Below are positions 52,980 to 61,957 of a stretch of 64,000 nucleotides of DNA, piece after piece. The stretch comes from Chthonomonadales bacterium. Its GTDB lineage: Bacteria; Armatimonadota; Chthonomonadetes; Chthonomonadales; CAJBBX01. Made by a program: the position numbers and the translations under genes. Location: assembly GCA_049967475.1 (NCBI GenBank), contig JBMFSQ010000002.1:64001-128000 (forward strand), in the 5' to 3' direction. Each line of letters begins with the position of its first letter. The first letter of the stretch is position 1. The notes under the pieces are model-generated. The model ran no database searches. It was not told where the DNA came from and saw only the letters and a list, made by a program, of their open reading frames with translations.

Positions 52980-53636
52980 TCAGTGAGCAATATGGAGCCA
53001 GTCGTGCATCAGGAACCACACGCGGTCTATGAGGAGCGCCATCCTTGCCATCACCGTAGATCCGAAGATGGCCCCGAAGGCAAACATCATCGTCAACCGG
53101 CCCACCCGCGCTGTACCTGCAACGGCCTTGCTCTTGTGCTCGATCGAGAAGAAGAAGTAGACCAGCACCGACACCAGAATTACCACAAAAAGCAGGTTGT
53201 TGAGGGTGATGCCCGTTACCGTCAACTGGGACCCCGGGGGGATCATGTCCGGCGTAACGTGGAGGGGTTTGAAGCTCGTGCGGATCTGAGGAATGTAGTC
53301 GCTGGCCGTCTGTTGGAAAATCTGGCCGGCAACCAGTCCCAAAAGGATGCCGATGGAGATGCGGCTCATCCAGTTGTATCGGCGCGAGTAAATGGTGTAG
53401 AACAGGAGGCCCAGGAAGAGGACGAAGATCATGGGCCAACGGCCGTGGACGAGGGGCACATACCACAAAGGGTAAATGGTATCGGTCCAGATGGTTTTGA
53501 TGGTGTATCCGGCGGCCAATCCGATGAACAAATGCTCGAACAATCGGTAGGCGCGGTTCTCCCGATAGATCAGCGAGAACAAACAGATCGTACCGATGGC
53601 GCCAATCCAGATGCCAGGTGTCGTGGACCAACCCAT
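52980..53636 (-). CDS. Multi-pass membrane protein (DUF6754-operon subunit)
   Basis: Five or six TMs; YRENRAYRLFEHLFIGLAAGY, MFAFGAIFGSTVMARM. Confidence 0.8.
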   Translation of the reverse strand: MGWSTTPGIWIGAIGTICLFSLIYRENRAYRLFEHLFIGLAAGYTIKTIWTDTIYPLWYVPLVHGRWPMIFVLFLGLLFYTIYSRRYNWMSRISIGILLGLVAGQIFQQTASDYIPQIRTSFKPLHVTPDMIPPGSQLTVTGITLNNLLFVVILVSVLVYFFFSIEHKSKAVAGTARVGRLTMMFAFGAIFGSTVMARMALLIDRVWFLMHDWLHIAH

Positions 53637-53637
53637 C

Positions 53638-54489
53638 CTAGGGCTTCCTCCCAGTGCGCCGAGCCGCAAACATGCCGATATTGCCCAAACCGATCAGCAC
53701 AAACAGCAAGATGAGCGTCAGCGACACAGGCGTCATCGCCCGCGTGATAAAGCCCGCTTCCTTAAGCACGCCGCTCTGCACCAAAAGTTCCTCGTACTCT
53801 GCCGCACCCTTGATGCCGAACAACATTCCCTTGATCTGCCCGGAGTCCAGGTAGGTAAATACCTCAGGCGCCATCACTGAAGTGGGGCAGAAGCAATAGG
53901 GAGCCGATGTAGTCCCCACTACGAGCTGCACCCACGCTTTATAGGTTCCGGAAGGCGACACCTCCACAATCACGCCGACGTCGCGGATATTCCTCACCCC
54001 AGCCATAGCAGGGAAGGAACTTAGGGGCTTGCGCTGGATTACATCCTCCTTAAAGGTACCGGGTATATCTTGCACAAGCGCCTTGAGCGTGGTTTCCACC
54101 TGGGGCCGGTATCCTACGTTCACCCAGTTAACGCCGTACTTGTACCCGAACTGGGGCGCCAGCTCTTCCGCCACTTCTTCAGCCAAGGTGGGTGATTGAG
54201 GGTCAAAGCCCATGATCAGGAAGCGGATATGCCGGCTCATCAGGTGTGTCAAGATCACACGGGTTTGGGGCCTGTTCTCACCCTGGCTGCTGGCGCTCCA
54301 GTTGACACTCACGATGGCGATCTTGTCCGCCGGAGCCGATTGCACGGCGTTGTAGAGCATCCGCGCCTGGGGACCCACGTTGACGCCGAACCCCTTGGGC
54401 AACACGAGCCCCACCACCACAATCACCAAAAGCACCACGTAGAGGATGCGCCGGTCTATGTACTGCATCCGGACGAGGTATTCGCCCAT
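53638..54489 (-). CDS. Membrane protein with central soluble domain (DUF6754-operon subunit)
   Basis: IDRRILY + TM, YGVNWVNVGY, YLDSGQIKGMLFGIKGAAEYE, C-terminal TM. Confidence 0.8.
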   Translation of the reverse strand: MGEYLVRMQYIDRRILYVVLLVIVVVGLVLPKGFGVNVGPQARMLYNAVQSAPADKIAIVSVNWSASSQGENRPQTRVILTHLMSRHIRFLIMGFDPQSPTLAEEVAEELAPQFGYKYGVNWVNVGYRPQVETTLKALVQDIPGTFKEDVIQRKPLSSFPAMAGVRNIRDVGVIVEVSPSGTYKAWVQLVVGTTSAPYCFCPTSVMAPEVFTYLDSGQIKGMLFGIKGAAEYEELLVQSGVLKEAGFITRAMTPVSLTLILLFVLIGLGNIGMFAARRTGRKP

Positions 54490-55316
54490 CACTCCTCTAC
54501 CTTCGCATCGAAGTAGGCGCCGCGCTCCAGGGAGAGCCAAACTCTCAACGCGATGGCGAGCGCCCCCACGCCCAAACCGAAATTGATGGCGCGCTGGGCC
54601 GGCGCATTCACCACCGTAAGAAGCCAATTGCTGATGTTATCCAGCCTTAGGAGCGAAAGGTACGCGCCCCGCGCAGGGAGGCCATTGGTGATCGCCTGGC
54701 CGATGGGGATCTGCCCCAGCATCACGACGAGCGCAGCCAGCATCAACAGGGTGGCCTCAGCGCTCCGGATGCGGAAGGCGCGATAAGCCGCAGAGATAAT
54801 AAAGAAGGCAAGGATGGCAAACATCGCGGCGTCAAAGTTGGCCAGCACATCTCGGAATAGGCTGCGGTAGATCATGACAAGGTGCGGGTTCGGGCTCCGC
54901 TCAAAAGCAAGCCCCGACACTGCCATCACCACGATCCCGATCAGGAGCACCAAACTGTTCTCCCACCCCTGCTTGAGGCGCAACACATTGCCCCCGTGGA
55001 TGCGGACGAGGCTGTACACGCCCAGCCCTATGGTGAACGCTGCCAGAACCCCCGTGATGTTCCCCACACCGGGCACCGCGAAGGAGAGGGGGTTCTCGTG
55101 GGTCTTGGGGTCCGGCGGCCAGAAGAACTCTGTGGCGTAGAAGAGGCCGGCCACGAATGTTACCCACGCAATCAGCGCCTTCCGACCCTTAGGCGGCAGA
55201 GCCTGGAGCACTGCGAACAGGACCACGCACCCCAGCGATGCGCCAATGATCGCCTCGGTCAAAGCCGCCCCGTGCAGCCGCGGGAAATGTCTCTCCAGAA
55301 AGCTCTGCAGGTTCAT
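54489..55316 (-). CDS. Multi-pass membrane protein (DUF6754-operon subunit)
   Basis: AFFIISAAYRAFRIRS, MLGQIPIG, PAQRAI...LRVWLSLER; TGATG coupling. Confidence 0.8.
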   Translation of the reverse strand: MNLQSFLERHFPRLHGAALTEAIIGASLGCVVLFAVLQALPPKGRKALIAWVTFVAGLFYATEFFWPPDPKTHENPLSFAVPGVGNITGVLAAFTIGLGVYSLVRIHGGNVLRLKQGWENSLVLLIGIVVMAVSGLAFERSPNPHLVMIYRSLFRDVLANFDAAMFAILAFFIISAAYRAFRIRSAEATLLMLAALVVMLGQIPIGQAITNGLPARGAYLSLLRLDNISNWLLTVVNAPAQRAINFGLGVGALAIALRVWLSLERGAYFDAKVEE

Positions 55317-55342
55317 CCGGAATGAGCGCTCCTACACCGATG

Positions 55343-56125
55343 TCAGCCCAATGTGAACCATTTGATGAAGATCCACTTGGGGCCGAGCCATGGCAGGCTG
55401 ATCCCAATGGTCCCCACGATCACTGCGAGCACGATGAGAGCCTTGCAGAAATCTTGCCCCACCAGACTTCCCAACAGCGTAGGCTCTCGCGAAATGTAGG
55501 CGCTCGCGGCGTAATACTCGTCCCCGATGATGGTGTAATCACACGCTGCGATAAAGAAGGGGATCTGCGTTACCTGAACGGTACCCGCCACCTGGATCGC
55601 TCCCACCTGGTTGCCCGTCTCGGCGAAAATGAGGCTTTCCGCAAAAAAGTCGCCAAACATAAAACTGGCTGCTACCTTCTCGCGGAAGATCGTGCCGGCC
55701 ACCCCCGAGGCGAAGGCAAACTGGCGATCGGAAAGGAAGTACACCGAGTTGGGGTCGAAATCCTCCGGCTTGCCCGCTGCATTGTAGGAGTCGCGCACGA
55801 CTTCTTCGGCCACGGTATAAAGAGCCGGATCGGCCGTGGGCAAGATGATGCGGTTTCCGAACTTGGCGGCTGTTTTGATGATATAGCTGAAGACAGCCAA
55901 GGCCTGGATCCCCACGACGCCGATGCCGCTCAAGCCCGGCACCATGAGGATCGGGCGCCCCATTTCGGTGGCCCGTCCCACCGCTTCGTCAATGGCATTC
56001 AGACCGGGAATGCGCCGAATGAAGTAATCTTTGCCGCGCTGAGCGCGGATGATTGCGGTGAGAATCGCAAGGGACCAGATGACGATGAAGAGCGCGCCGG
56101 GCCAACTGTCTGCCGCATGTTCCAA
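55343..56125 (-). CDS. DUF6754-like membrane protein
   Basis: IRRIPGLNAIDEAVGRATEMGRP, ESLIFAETG...GAIQVAG, DYTIIGDEYYAASAYIS; AAAGGAGG RBS with TTG start. Confidence 0.8.
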   Translation of the reverse strand: MEHAADSWPGALFIVIWSLAILTAIIRAQRGKDYFIRRIPGLNAIDEAVGRATEMGRPILMVPGLSGIGVVGIQALAVFSYIIKTAAKFGNRIILPTADPALYTVAEEVVRDSYNAAGKPEDFDPNSVYFLSDRQFAFASGVAGTIFREKVAASFMFGDFFAESLIFAETGNQVGAIQVAGTVQVTQIPFFIAACDYTIIGDEYYAASAYISREPTLLGSLVGQDFCKALIVLAVIVGTIGISLPWLGPKWIFIKWFTLG

Positions 56126-56127
56126 GG

Positions 56128-56430
56128 CTATCCTCCTTTGACGCTAGGCCGCTCCGCCGCAAGTTCCTCGATCCTGCGAATGAGCCGCTCGATGTTGCCG
56201 CGGTCCTCCATGAGCTTGCCCGCCATCTGTACGTTATCGAAGCCGAGGATGGGCGCGATCAGCGGTGCGGTCACCACCAGCCCTTGGCTCGCAATAAAGC
56301 CCAGCGGCTTGTGCATCTCCAGAAAAAGTACCGCCGGCACCTCCATGCCTCGGCGGACGATGCCTGTAGCGATCCGCTCGATGAGTGCATCCCGCTCTTG
56401 AGGAGTAAGCTCCTGATCCAGGCTACGCAT
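56128..56430 (-). CDS. Small hypothetical protein
   Basis: ERDALIERIA...EVPAVLFLEMHKPLGFIASQ; 2-bp gap to the next gene. Confidence 0.75.
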   Translation of the reverse strand: MRSLDQELTPQERDALIERIATGIVRRGMEVPAVLFLEMHKPLGFIASQGLVVTAPLIAPILGFDNVQMAGKLMEDRGNIERLIRRIEELAAERPSVKGG

Positions 56431-56917
56431 GAGCGTTCTTTGCCGCCTCCACCTGTTCGAGAACGATGGCGCGCACCTGGCTGTGACACCCCGGCGACCC
56501 TTCCGGCGCACACCACAAAACGATGCCCCGCACGTTCTCGAGCGGTGTTGCATGGTGGAAAGGCGATAGCTTCATGCGTCCTTCAGCGTCGAGCACCCGT
56601 CTTACCCTGCGCCACTCCATCTGCAGGCGCGTGAGGCCGTAAGCCGCATAGGCGCCCTCGGTGGTGAGGCGATAGGATATCGGGAACAGATATTCGGACG
56701 CTGCCCCGGCGATCAGCAAGACCCCTAAGAGGCTCAATGCCCAGGAACCTGTTATCCCGTAGCCCAAGAACGCTGCCAAGGCAGCCGCTGCCGGGATAGC
56801 CAAGGCGCGCCGCGGATCTCGCCGAAAGAGGTGCACGCGCCACTCAAGAAGCACGCATTCCGGTTCCTTTACATCCCGCCGCGATGGACGTGCCAATCCT
56901 CCCGCGTCCGCGCCCAT
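56423..56917 (-). CDS. Two-TM hypothetical protein with PH-like C-terminal region
   Basis: LEWRVH, two TMs, [11 protein letters not shown]...[16 protein letters not shown]. Confidence 0.7.
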   Translation of the reverse strand: MGADAGGLARPSRRDVKEPECVLLEWRVHLFRRDPRRALAIPAAAALAAFLGYGITGSWALSLLGVLLIAGAASEYLFPISYRLTTEGAYAAYGLTRLQMEWRRVRRVLDAEGRMKLSPFHHATPLENVRGIVLWCAPEGSPGCHSQVRAIVLEQVEAAKNAHA

Positions 56918-56981
56918 CAACCAGCGACCTCCGCTTCGGGACCACGCTACAAACAGCGAACCACCGCCGTGCGCCGGGTGC

Positions 56982-57011
56982 ATTATATTAGCTCGCCCGC
57001 GATACTGTCAA
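56982..57011 (-). promoter_or_regulatory. sigma70 promoter of the six-gene membrane operon
   Basis: Perfect hexamers TTGACA-N18-TATAAT. Confidence 0.8.
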
Positions 57012-57034
57012 GCGCACACTCTTGCGCAAGCGTA

Positions 57035-57064
57035 TTGACAACTAGGCAATGCCTATCTTATAAT
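57035..57064 (+). promoter_or_regulatory. sigma70 promoter of the prepilin-like gene, with TAGGCAATGCCTA palindrome in the spacer
   Basis: Perfect hexamers TTGACA-N18-TATAAT; palindrome at 57043-57055. Confidence 0.8.
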
Positions 57065-57160
57065 GCGCACGTTGCCGGACGATCGGCAGCCTACATGTCG
57101 CAACGGAGCGAATGGGCCTCTTCCCGTGTTCCCATTCCATCCTCACGAAAGGACAACGCC

Positions 57161-57988
57161 ATGGTCTGCACACCGCCACGAAACCCCAGAGGCTTCACTC
57201 TCATCGAGCTGCTTGTGGTGATCGCCATCATCGCGATCCTGGCAGCGATCTTGTTCCCCGTTTTTGCCCAGGCGCGTGAGGCCGCCCGAAAAACGAGCTG
57301 CATGTCCAACATGAAGCAGATCCTCACCGCCGAAATGATGTACACCCAGGACTACGACGAGATGTTGGAGCGGATACGCGTCTTCGCCAGCTCCTACCCG
57401 GCCAACAAATGGGCGTACGGGGCTCAAGACATGCTGAACCCCTACACCAAGAACATCGGCATTTGGAAGTGCCCGGATGATCCGTATGTTCGAGTAGATT
57501 GCCTCAGCGCCGCCAAGAAGCCCGGGCAGGCTCTCAGCTATTCCTTCACCCACTACCAACCGGGTTATGACGAGGGTCCTACCACAACTGCAACCTTCGG
57601 GCTCCATGCGTACTACACCAGTGTAAATTCAAGGCGCCTTGCCGATATCGGCGCTCCCGCCGACACCATCTCCCTCTTCGAACTCTGGACAACGGTGAGC
57701 ATGGAGAGCGGCTACGCCTATTGGCGATGGGACGTGCGCGACGTGGCCAATCCGTCGTGGCCCACGGCACCCAATAACTTCACGGTGGGATGGTGCGGCG
57801 GCATCGGGTACTTCTCCATGGGCGCTCATAATGACCTTACCAACTTCGGCTTTGCAGACGGCCACGTAAAGACGATCAAGCGCACAACCGTCATGCCCTG
57901 GCCGTGGACCCCCGCTGCGATTGCTGCCCGCAGGGCCGCCGGCGCATCCAACCGGAACCTGCTCCATTGGGACGCCCAGTACAAATAA
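57161..57988 (+). CDS. Prepilin-type DUF1559 / H-X9-DG protein
   Basis: [11 protein letters not shown]..., [20 protein letters not shown]. Confidence 0.92.
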   Translation: MVCTPPRNPRGFTLIELLVVIAIIAILAAILFPVFAQAREAARKTSCMSNMKQILTAEMMYTQDYDEMLERIRVFASSYPANKWAYGAQDMLNPYTKNIGIWKCPDDPYVRVDCLSAAKKPGQALSYSFTHYQPGYDEGPTTTATFGLHAYYTSVNSRRLADIGAPADTISLFELWTTVSMESGYAYWRWDVRDVANPSWPTAPNNFTVGWCGGIGYFSMGAHNDLTNFGFADGHVKTIKRTTVMPWPWTPAAIAARRAAGASNRNLLHWDAQYK

Positions 57989-58072
57989 CCCGAGCCCCGG
58001 AGTGCGCAGAGGCAGATTCTACTGCTTCTGCGCATCCCTGGGCACGGCCATTCCAGAAGCAGGAGGACACCG

Positions 58073-58330
58073 TTGGGATCAATCTTGGGGAATAACCGCA
58101 ACGTGCTGGTAGCAATCCTCGCCGTGGCAGCCGTGGCCTTGGCGATCTGGTCGGGATACCGTACCTTTACACCCAAAGGGCGTACCATCGGCCATTTGGG
58201 GAACCTTCAGGAGACCACCGTCAAGCAACCTGGGGCGGGTAACGCTGCACAGCCCGCCAACAGCTTGGGCCAGCAGGAAGCAACAGGCGGCCTTGCCGGA
58301 GCGCCCGCCGGTGCTCAGCCCGGCCCATAA
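58073..58330 (+). CDS. Small single-pass membrane protein with Gly/Ala/Pro-rich tail
   Basis: AGGAGG RBS, TTG start, VLVAILAVAAVALAIWSGYRTF. Confidence 0.7.
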   Translation: MGSILGNNRNVLVAILAVAAVALAIWSGYRTFTPKGRTIGHLGNLQETTVKQPGAGNAAQPANSLGQQEATGGLAGAPAGAQPGP

Positions 58331-58575
58331 GCATAATTGGCCAGATCGTAGATAGGCACCTGAGCCACTTCATCCGGCGGCGTATTGGCATTCACCACCG
58401 CTACAAGGCGCCCCGCCGTCTGCAGTGAGAAGCGGTGTTCGCCGCATTGAGGGCATACGTCGGCGGGCACATTCCGGAACAGTACCATGCCGGTAGCAGA
58501 ACAGGGGAGGGCGATGGTGATGAGACGCACCTCGCAGATCTCTCCGCACACGGCACAGCGCACATCTGTGGGCAT
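58315..58575 (-). CDS. YgiT-type zinc finger protein
   Basis: CAVCG...FRNVPADVCPQCGE. Confidence 0.8.
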   Translation of the reverse strand: MPTDVRCAVCGEICEVRLITIALPCSATGMVLFRNVPADVCPQCGEHRFSLQTAGRLVAVVNANTPPDEVAQVPIYDLANYAYGPG

Positions 58576-58775
58576 CGTTCTTTCCCCTTCCGTGTGGTGC
58601 CGGTACAGCCTCCATCCGGCCTTGCGGCTCCATTTTAGTGGATGCACGGCTTAGGGGCTCCGGTAATTCTGCCGGAATTCGGCCAAGTCCGCAACAAACC
58701 CGTACATTGCACAGGCGCCATTCGCGCATACCGGCCGCCGCCTCCCGGGCAACCTTCGGGTATCATTTGCCCAAG

Positions 58776-59090
58776 ATGAGCAAGCGTATTCTTGTAGCCA
58801 GCCTCAAGGAACTGCCGGAACACACCGGCACCGTCGTGGCCGTTGACAACCAGGAAATCGCCCTCTTTCGCATGGGAGGCGAAGTATACGCCATGGAGAA
58901 CCTTTGCCCGCACAAGGAGGGACCCCTGGCCGAAGGTGAAGTGGAAGACGGCATTGTCACGTGCCCCTGGCATGCTTGGCAAATCTGCGTGCGTACGGGC
59001 GAGGTGGTGTACGACCCCTCCATCCGCGCCAGAACCTACCAATGTTGCGTGGAGGGTGAAGACGTCTATCTCATTTGGGACGCTACCTAG
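58776..59090 (+). CDS. Rieske (2Fe-2S) ferredoxin, NirD-like
   Basis: CPHKEGPL...CPWHAW. Confidence 0.9.
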   Translation: MSKRILVASLKELPEHTGTVVAVDNQEIALFRMGGEVYAMENLCPHKEGPLAEGEVEDGIVTCPWHAWQICVRTGEVVYDPSIRARTYQCCVEGEDVYLIWDAT

Positions 59091-59101
59091 CGCTCAATGC
59101 G

Positions 59102-59797
59102 TCAAAGGGCAGGCCGGAGCGGCTCGTTCGCGGGCGCCCCGACGAGGGCCAGCGTGGGATACCAGCGAGCAAGAAGGTGCCTGACGGCAGTCATCGGGAG
59201 CCCCACAACATTAGTGTAATCCCCATCTACGGCTGCCACAAGCTGCCCGCCCCGCCCCTGGATGCCGTATCCCCCTGCCTTGTCCATGGGTTCGCCGGTG
59301 GCAATATACTCCGCGATATCCTGGGGCGTAAGGCTCCTAAAGCGCACCTGGGAGGATACGACGGCACAAAGCCACTCCGCCGGCGCGTCTATCCTCAGAT
59401 GCCCCACCGCAACCCCAGTAGTCACCTGGTGGGTTCTCCCAGAGAGCAGCTCCAGCATCGCACGGGCCTCCTTGGCGTTTGCCGGCTTCCCTAACACGCG
59501 CGGACCGCCAACTTCGCCGACGACAACCACAGTGTCCGCTCCTAGGACCACCATCCCGTCGCCGATTCGTGCGCTCGCGCGCCGCGCCACATCACGCGCC
59601 TTTGCAAAGGCCAGCCGCAGTGCGAGCAGCTCGGGATCGCCGTCCCCTTCCTGCCTGTGCGGTGCGCGCAGACAGGCGTCATCCTCTTCGACGCCGCTGG
59701 GAACCACTTCAAACGGGATGCCCAGGCGGGCCAGAAGATCGCGGCGCCGCGGAGACGCCGATGCCAGGATGAGCCTGGGGACGCTTCCATTAGACAT
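59102..59797 (-). CDS. maf: Maf-family nucleoside triphosphate pyrophosphatase
   Basis: LILASASPRR, GADTVV, GKP, DKAGGYGIQG, NVVGLP. Confidence 0.93.
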   Translation of the reverse strand: MSNGSVPRLILASASPRRRDLLARLGIPFEVVPSGVEEDDACLRAPHRQEGDGDPELLALRLAFAKARDVARRASARIGDGMVVLGADTVVVVGEVGGPRVLGKPANAKEARAMLELLSGRTHQVTTGVAVGHLRIDAPAEWLCAVVSSQVRFRSLTPQDIAEYIATGEPMDKAGGYGIQGRGGQLVAAVDGDYTNVVGLPMTAVRHLLARWYPTLALVGAPANEPLRPAL

Positions 59798-59918
59798 CGC
59801 CGCGTAGGTTCCTCCTGCATGCGATTGCGCCGCGGTATTGTACCTTGCACCCGGATTGCAGCAAGGATGAGTGCAAGACGCGGTCCCTGCATGTTATAAT
59901 AACGCCCTGGAGGGCCAT

Positions 59919-60764
59919 GTGAAGATAACTCGGAAGCTCATTACGGTAATTGCTTTAGCCGCGGCCGGTTGCGGATTAGCGCTTTATTGGAACGAGCATC
60001 GCACAGAGCGCCTCGCCGACGTAGTGAACCCCCTCTATTGGATCCGCCGCATGCAGGGGAGAGACCTGTACGATCCCGCCACGGGCATCCTCTATCACGG
60101 CAACCGATCCCTCAAGGAGATCGCCCTAACCATTGACGACGGACCCCATGCTCAAACCGGCGAAGCGCTGTTGGACATCTTCAAGAGATACGGAGTGCGG
60201 GTCACCTTCTTCGTGGTGGGGCAGCGGATGGATGAACACCCCGAGCTGGTGCAGCGGATGCTGGCCGAGGGGCACGAAGTGGGCAATCACTCCATGAACC
60301 ACTACCGATTGGACACCCTGCCGGCTGAACGGGTGTGGCGCGAAGTGAACGACAACGACATCAACTTTTGGCGCATCACCCATCGGCACTTTACCCTTCT
60401 GCGTCCCCCCGGAGTGCGGTACAACCGAACCGTAATCGGTGTGGCTCGGGCGCTGGGATACGTCATCGTGTCCTGGTCGGACGCCGCCAAAGACTTTCTC
60501 GACGTAACGCCAGATTTTATCGTGAACCGAGTGTTGCGGCGCGCCGAAAACGGCAGCATCATCCTTTTGCACGATGACCGGCCCTCTACGGTCGTAGCCA
60601 TGCCGCGGATCATCACAGCGCTGAAGCGTGAAGGGTACCGGTTCGTCACCATCTCGGAGATGCTGTCTCACCTGCCGCAGCCCGTGGTGATCCATACGGA
60701 TGCGAACCCACTCCCGCTCATGAGAAGCGCGTCGCGGGAACCTATCCCCGAAGTGCATCCGTAA
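59919..60764 (+). CDS. Polysaccharide deacetylase (CE4/NodB-like)
   Basis: LTIDDGP, TFFVVG, GHEVGNHSMNH, RPPG, IILLHD. Confidence 0.9.
   Translation: MKITRKLITVIALAAAGCGLALYWNEHRTERLADVVNPLYWIRRMQGRDLYDPATGILYHGNRSLKEIALTIDDGPHAQTGEALLDIFKRYGVRVTFFVVGQRMDEHPELVQRMLAEGHEVGNHSMNHYRLDTLPAERVWREVNDNDINFWRITHRHFTLLRPPGVRYNRTVIGVARALGYVIVSWSDAAKDFLDVTPDFIVNRVLRRAENGSIILLHDDRPSTVVAMPRIITALKREGYRFVTISEMLSHLPQPVVIHTDANPLPLMRSASREPIPEVHP
60737..60764 (+). promoter_or_regulatory. ECF-type promoter upstream of the sigma gene (autoregulatory candidate)
   Basis: GGAACC-N17-CGTAA; same motif at 63339. Confidence 0.7.
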
Positions 60765-60792
60765 CGAGTGGTAAGGAGGCACGGATCGTCCG

Positions 60793-61389
60793 ATGGAATG
60801 GTCGCAACCCATTGCCGACACGGCGAGGCAGGATCGCGCGGAGTTCGACACCCTCGTTCGGAGATGCCACCGCCAGGCGTATAACATCGCCTACCGCCTC
60901 ACCGGCAACCATGCGGACGCCGAAGACCTAACGCAGGAAGCCTTCTTGCGCGCGTACCGCTTCTTCGACCGCTACAACCGGCAGATGCCGTTCGAGAATT
61001 GGCTCTACCGCATCATCTCGAACGTTTTTATAGACGAATTGCGCAAGCGGCCGAAGGCCAAGTCCCAGTCGTTGGACCAGCCCCTCCCCAATGCAACGGG
61101 GGATAGTGAGATCCGTCTGGAGATACCCGACTTCTCCAGTGACCCCGAATGCCTCATGCTGCAGGGAGAACTGGATGAGCCGCTCCAACGGGCGCTGAAC
61201 ACGCTGCCCTTCGACTTCCGCAAGGCGGTGATCCTGGCAGACGTGGAGGGAATGTCCTACGAAGACATAGCCGAAGCCATGGGGTGTTCCCTGGGTACCG
61301 TGCGCTCGCGATTACACCGCGGCCGCAAGATGCTGCGCAACAGGTTGCAGCTCGGTGCGCACCGCGGGGGCGAGGAGAGTGTGAAGTGA
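60793..61389 (+). CDS. ECF RNA polymerase sigma factor (RpoE/SigW-like)
   Basis: DAEDLTQEAFLRA, WLYRI, GMSYEDIA...GTVRSRLHRGR. Confidence 0.95.
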   Translation: MEWSQPIADTARQDRAEFDTLVRRCHRQAYNIAYRLTGNHADAEDLTQEAFLRAYRFFDRYNRQMPFENWLYRIISNVFIDELRKRPKAKSQSLDQPLPNATGDSEIRLEIPDFSSDPECLMLQGELDEPLQRALNTLPFDFRKAVILADVEGMSYEDIAEAMGCSLGTVRSRLHRGRKMLRNRLQLGAHRGGEESVK

Positions 61390-61934
61390 ATTGCCGTAAA
61401 GTCAACAGCCTCTTATCCGCCTACATTGATGGCGAGCTCCCGGGTGTGGAACACCTTCAGATACGGCGCCACCTGGATGAATGCCCCACTTGCATCGAAG
61501 AGTACCATACGCTGCTCATGACCAAACGCCTCATTGCCGGCCTGCGCATGCAAGAGCCGCGTCCGGGTTTTGACCAGCAAATCCTCTCCCGCATCGCTGC
61601 CGAAGCGCATAAGCCTGCGTCGCGCTTCGACCTTAAGGGATGGTGGCTCTTCCTCAGTGAACCTCAGCGAAACCGGGTCCGCCTTGGTGCCTTTTGTGCC
61701 GCATTCGCCTTGGGTGCCATGGTCCTAACGGGTTTGCCTTCGGCAACCACCCAGACGGCGGGTTCTTCCTTCACCCCTATCTCTAGCGCCCCTGTGTCTT
61801 ACGAAATCCCGCAGCCCATTCCCGTGCAAGACTACCTCAATGTGCAGCACTCGTGGGAAAACGCCCAGCCCATGAACGGGGGAGCGAGCGTGGTTCCCGT
61901 GGGAGACCGAGCGGAACTTACCCTCCCGCGGTGA
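61386..61934 (+). CDS. zf-HC2 anti-sigma factor with TM helix
   Basis: LSAYIDGEL...HLDECPTC; GTGA overlap with the sigma gene. Confidence 0.9.
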   Translation: MNCRKVNSLLSAYIDGELPGVEHLQIRRHLDECPTCIEEYHTLLMTKRLIAGLRMQEPRPGFDQQILSRIAAEAHKPASRFDLKGWWLFLSEPQRNRVRLGAFCAAFALGAMVLTGLPSATTQTAGSSFTPISSAPVSYEIPQPIPVQDYLNVQHSWENAQPMNGGASVVPVGDRAELTLPR

Positions 61935-61957
61935 GGCGCGCCTCCCACGCACACGCC

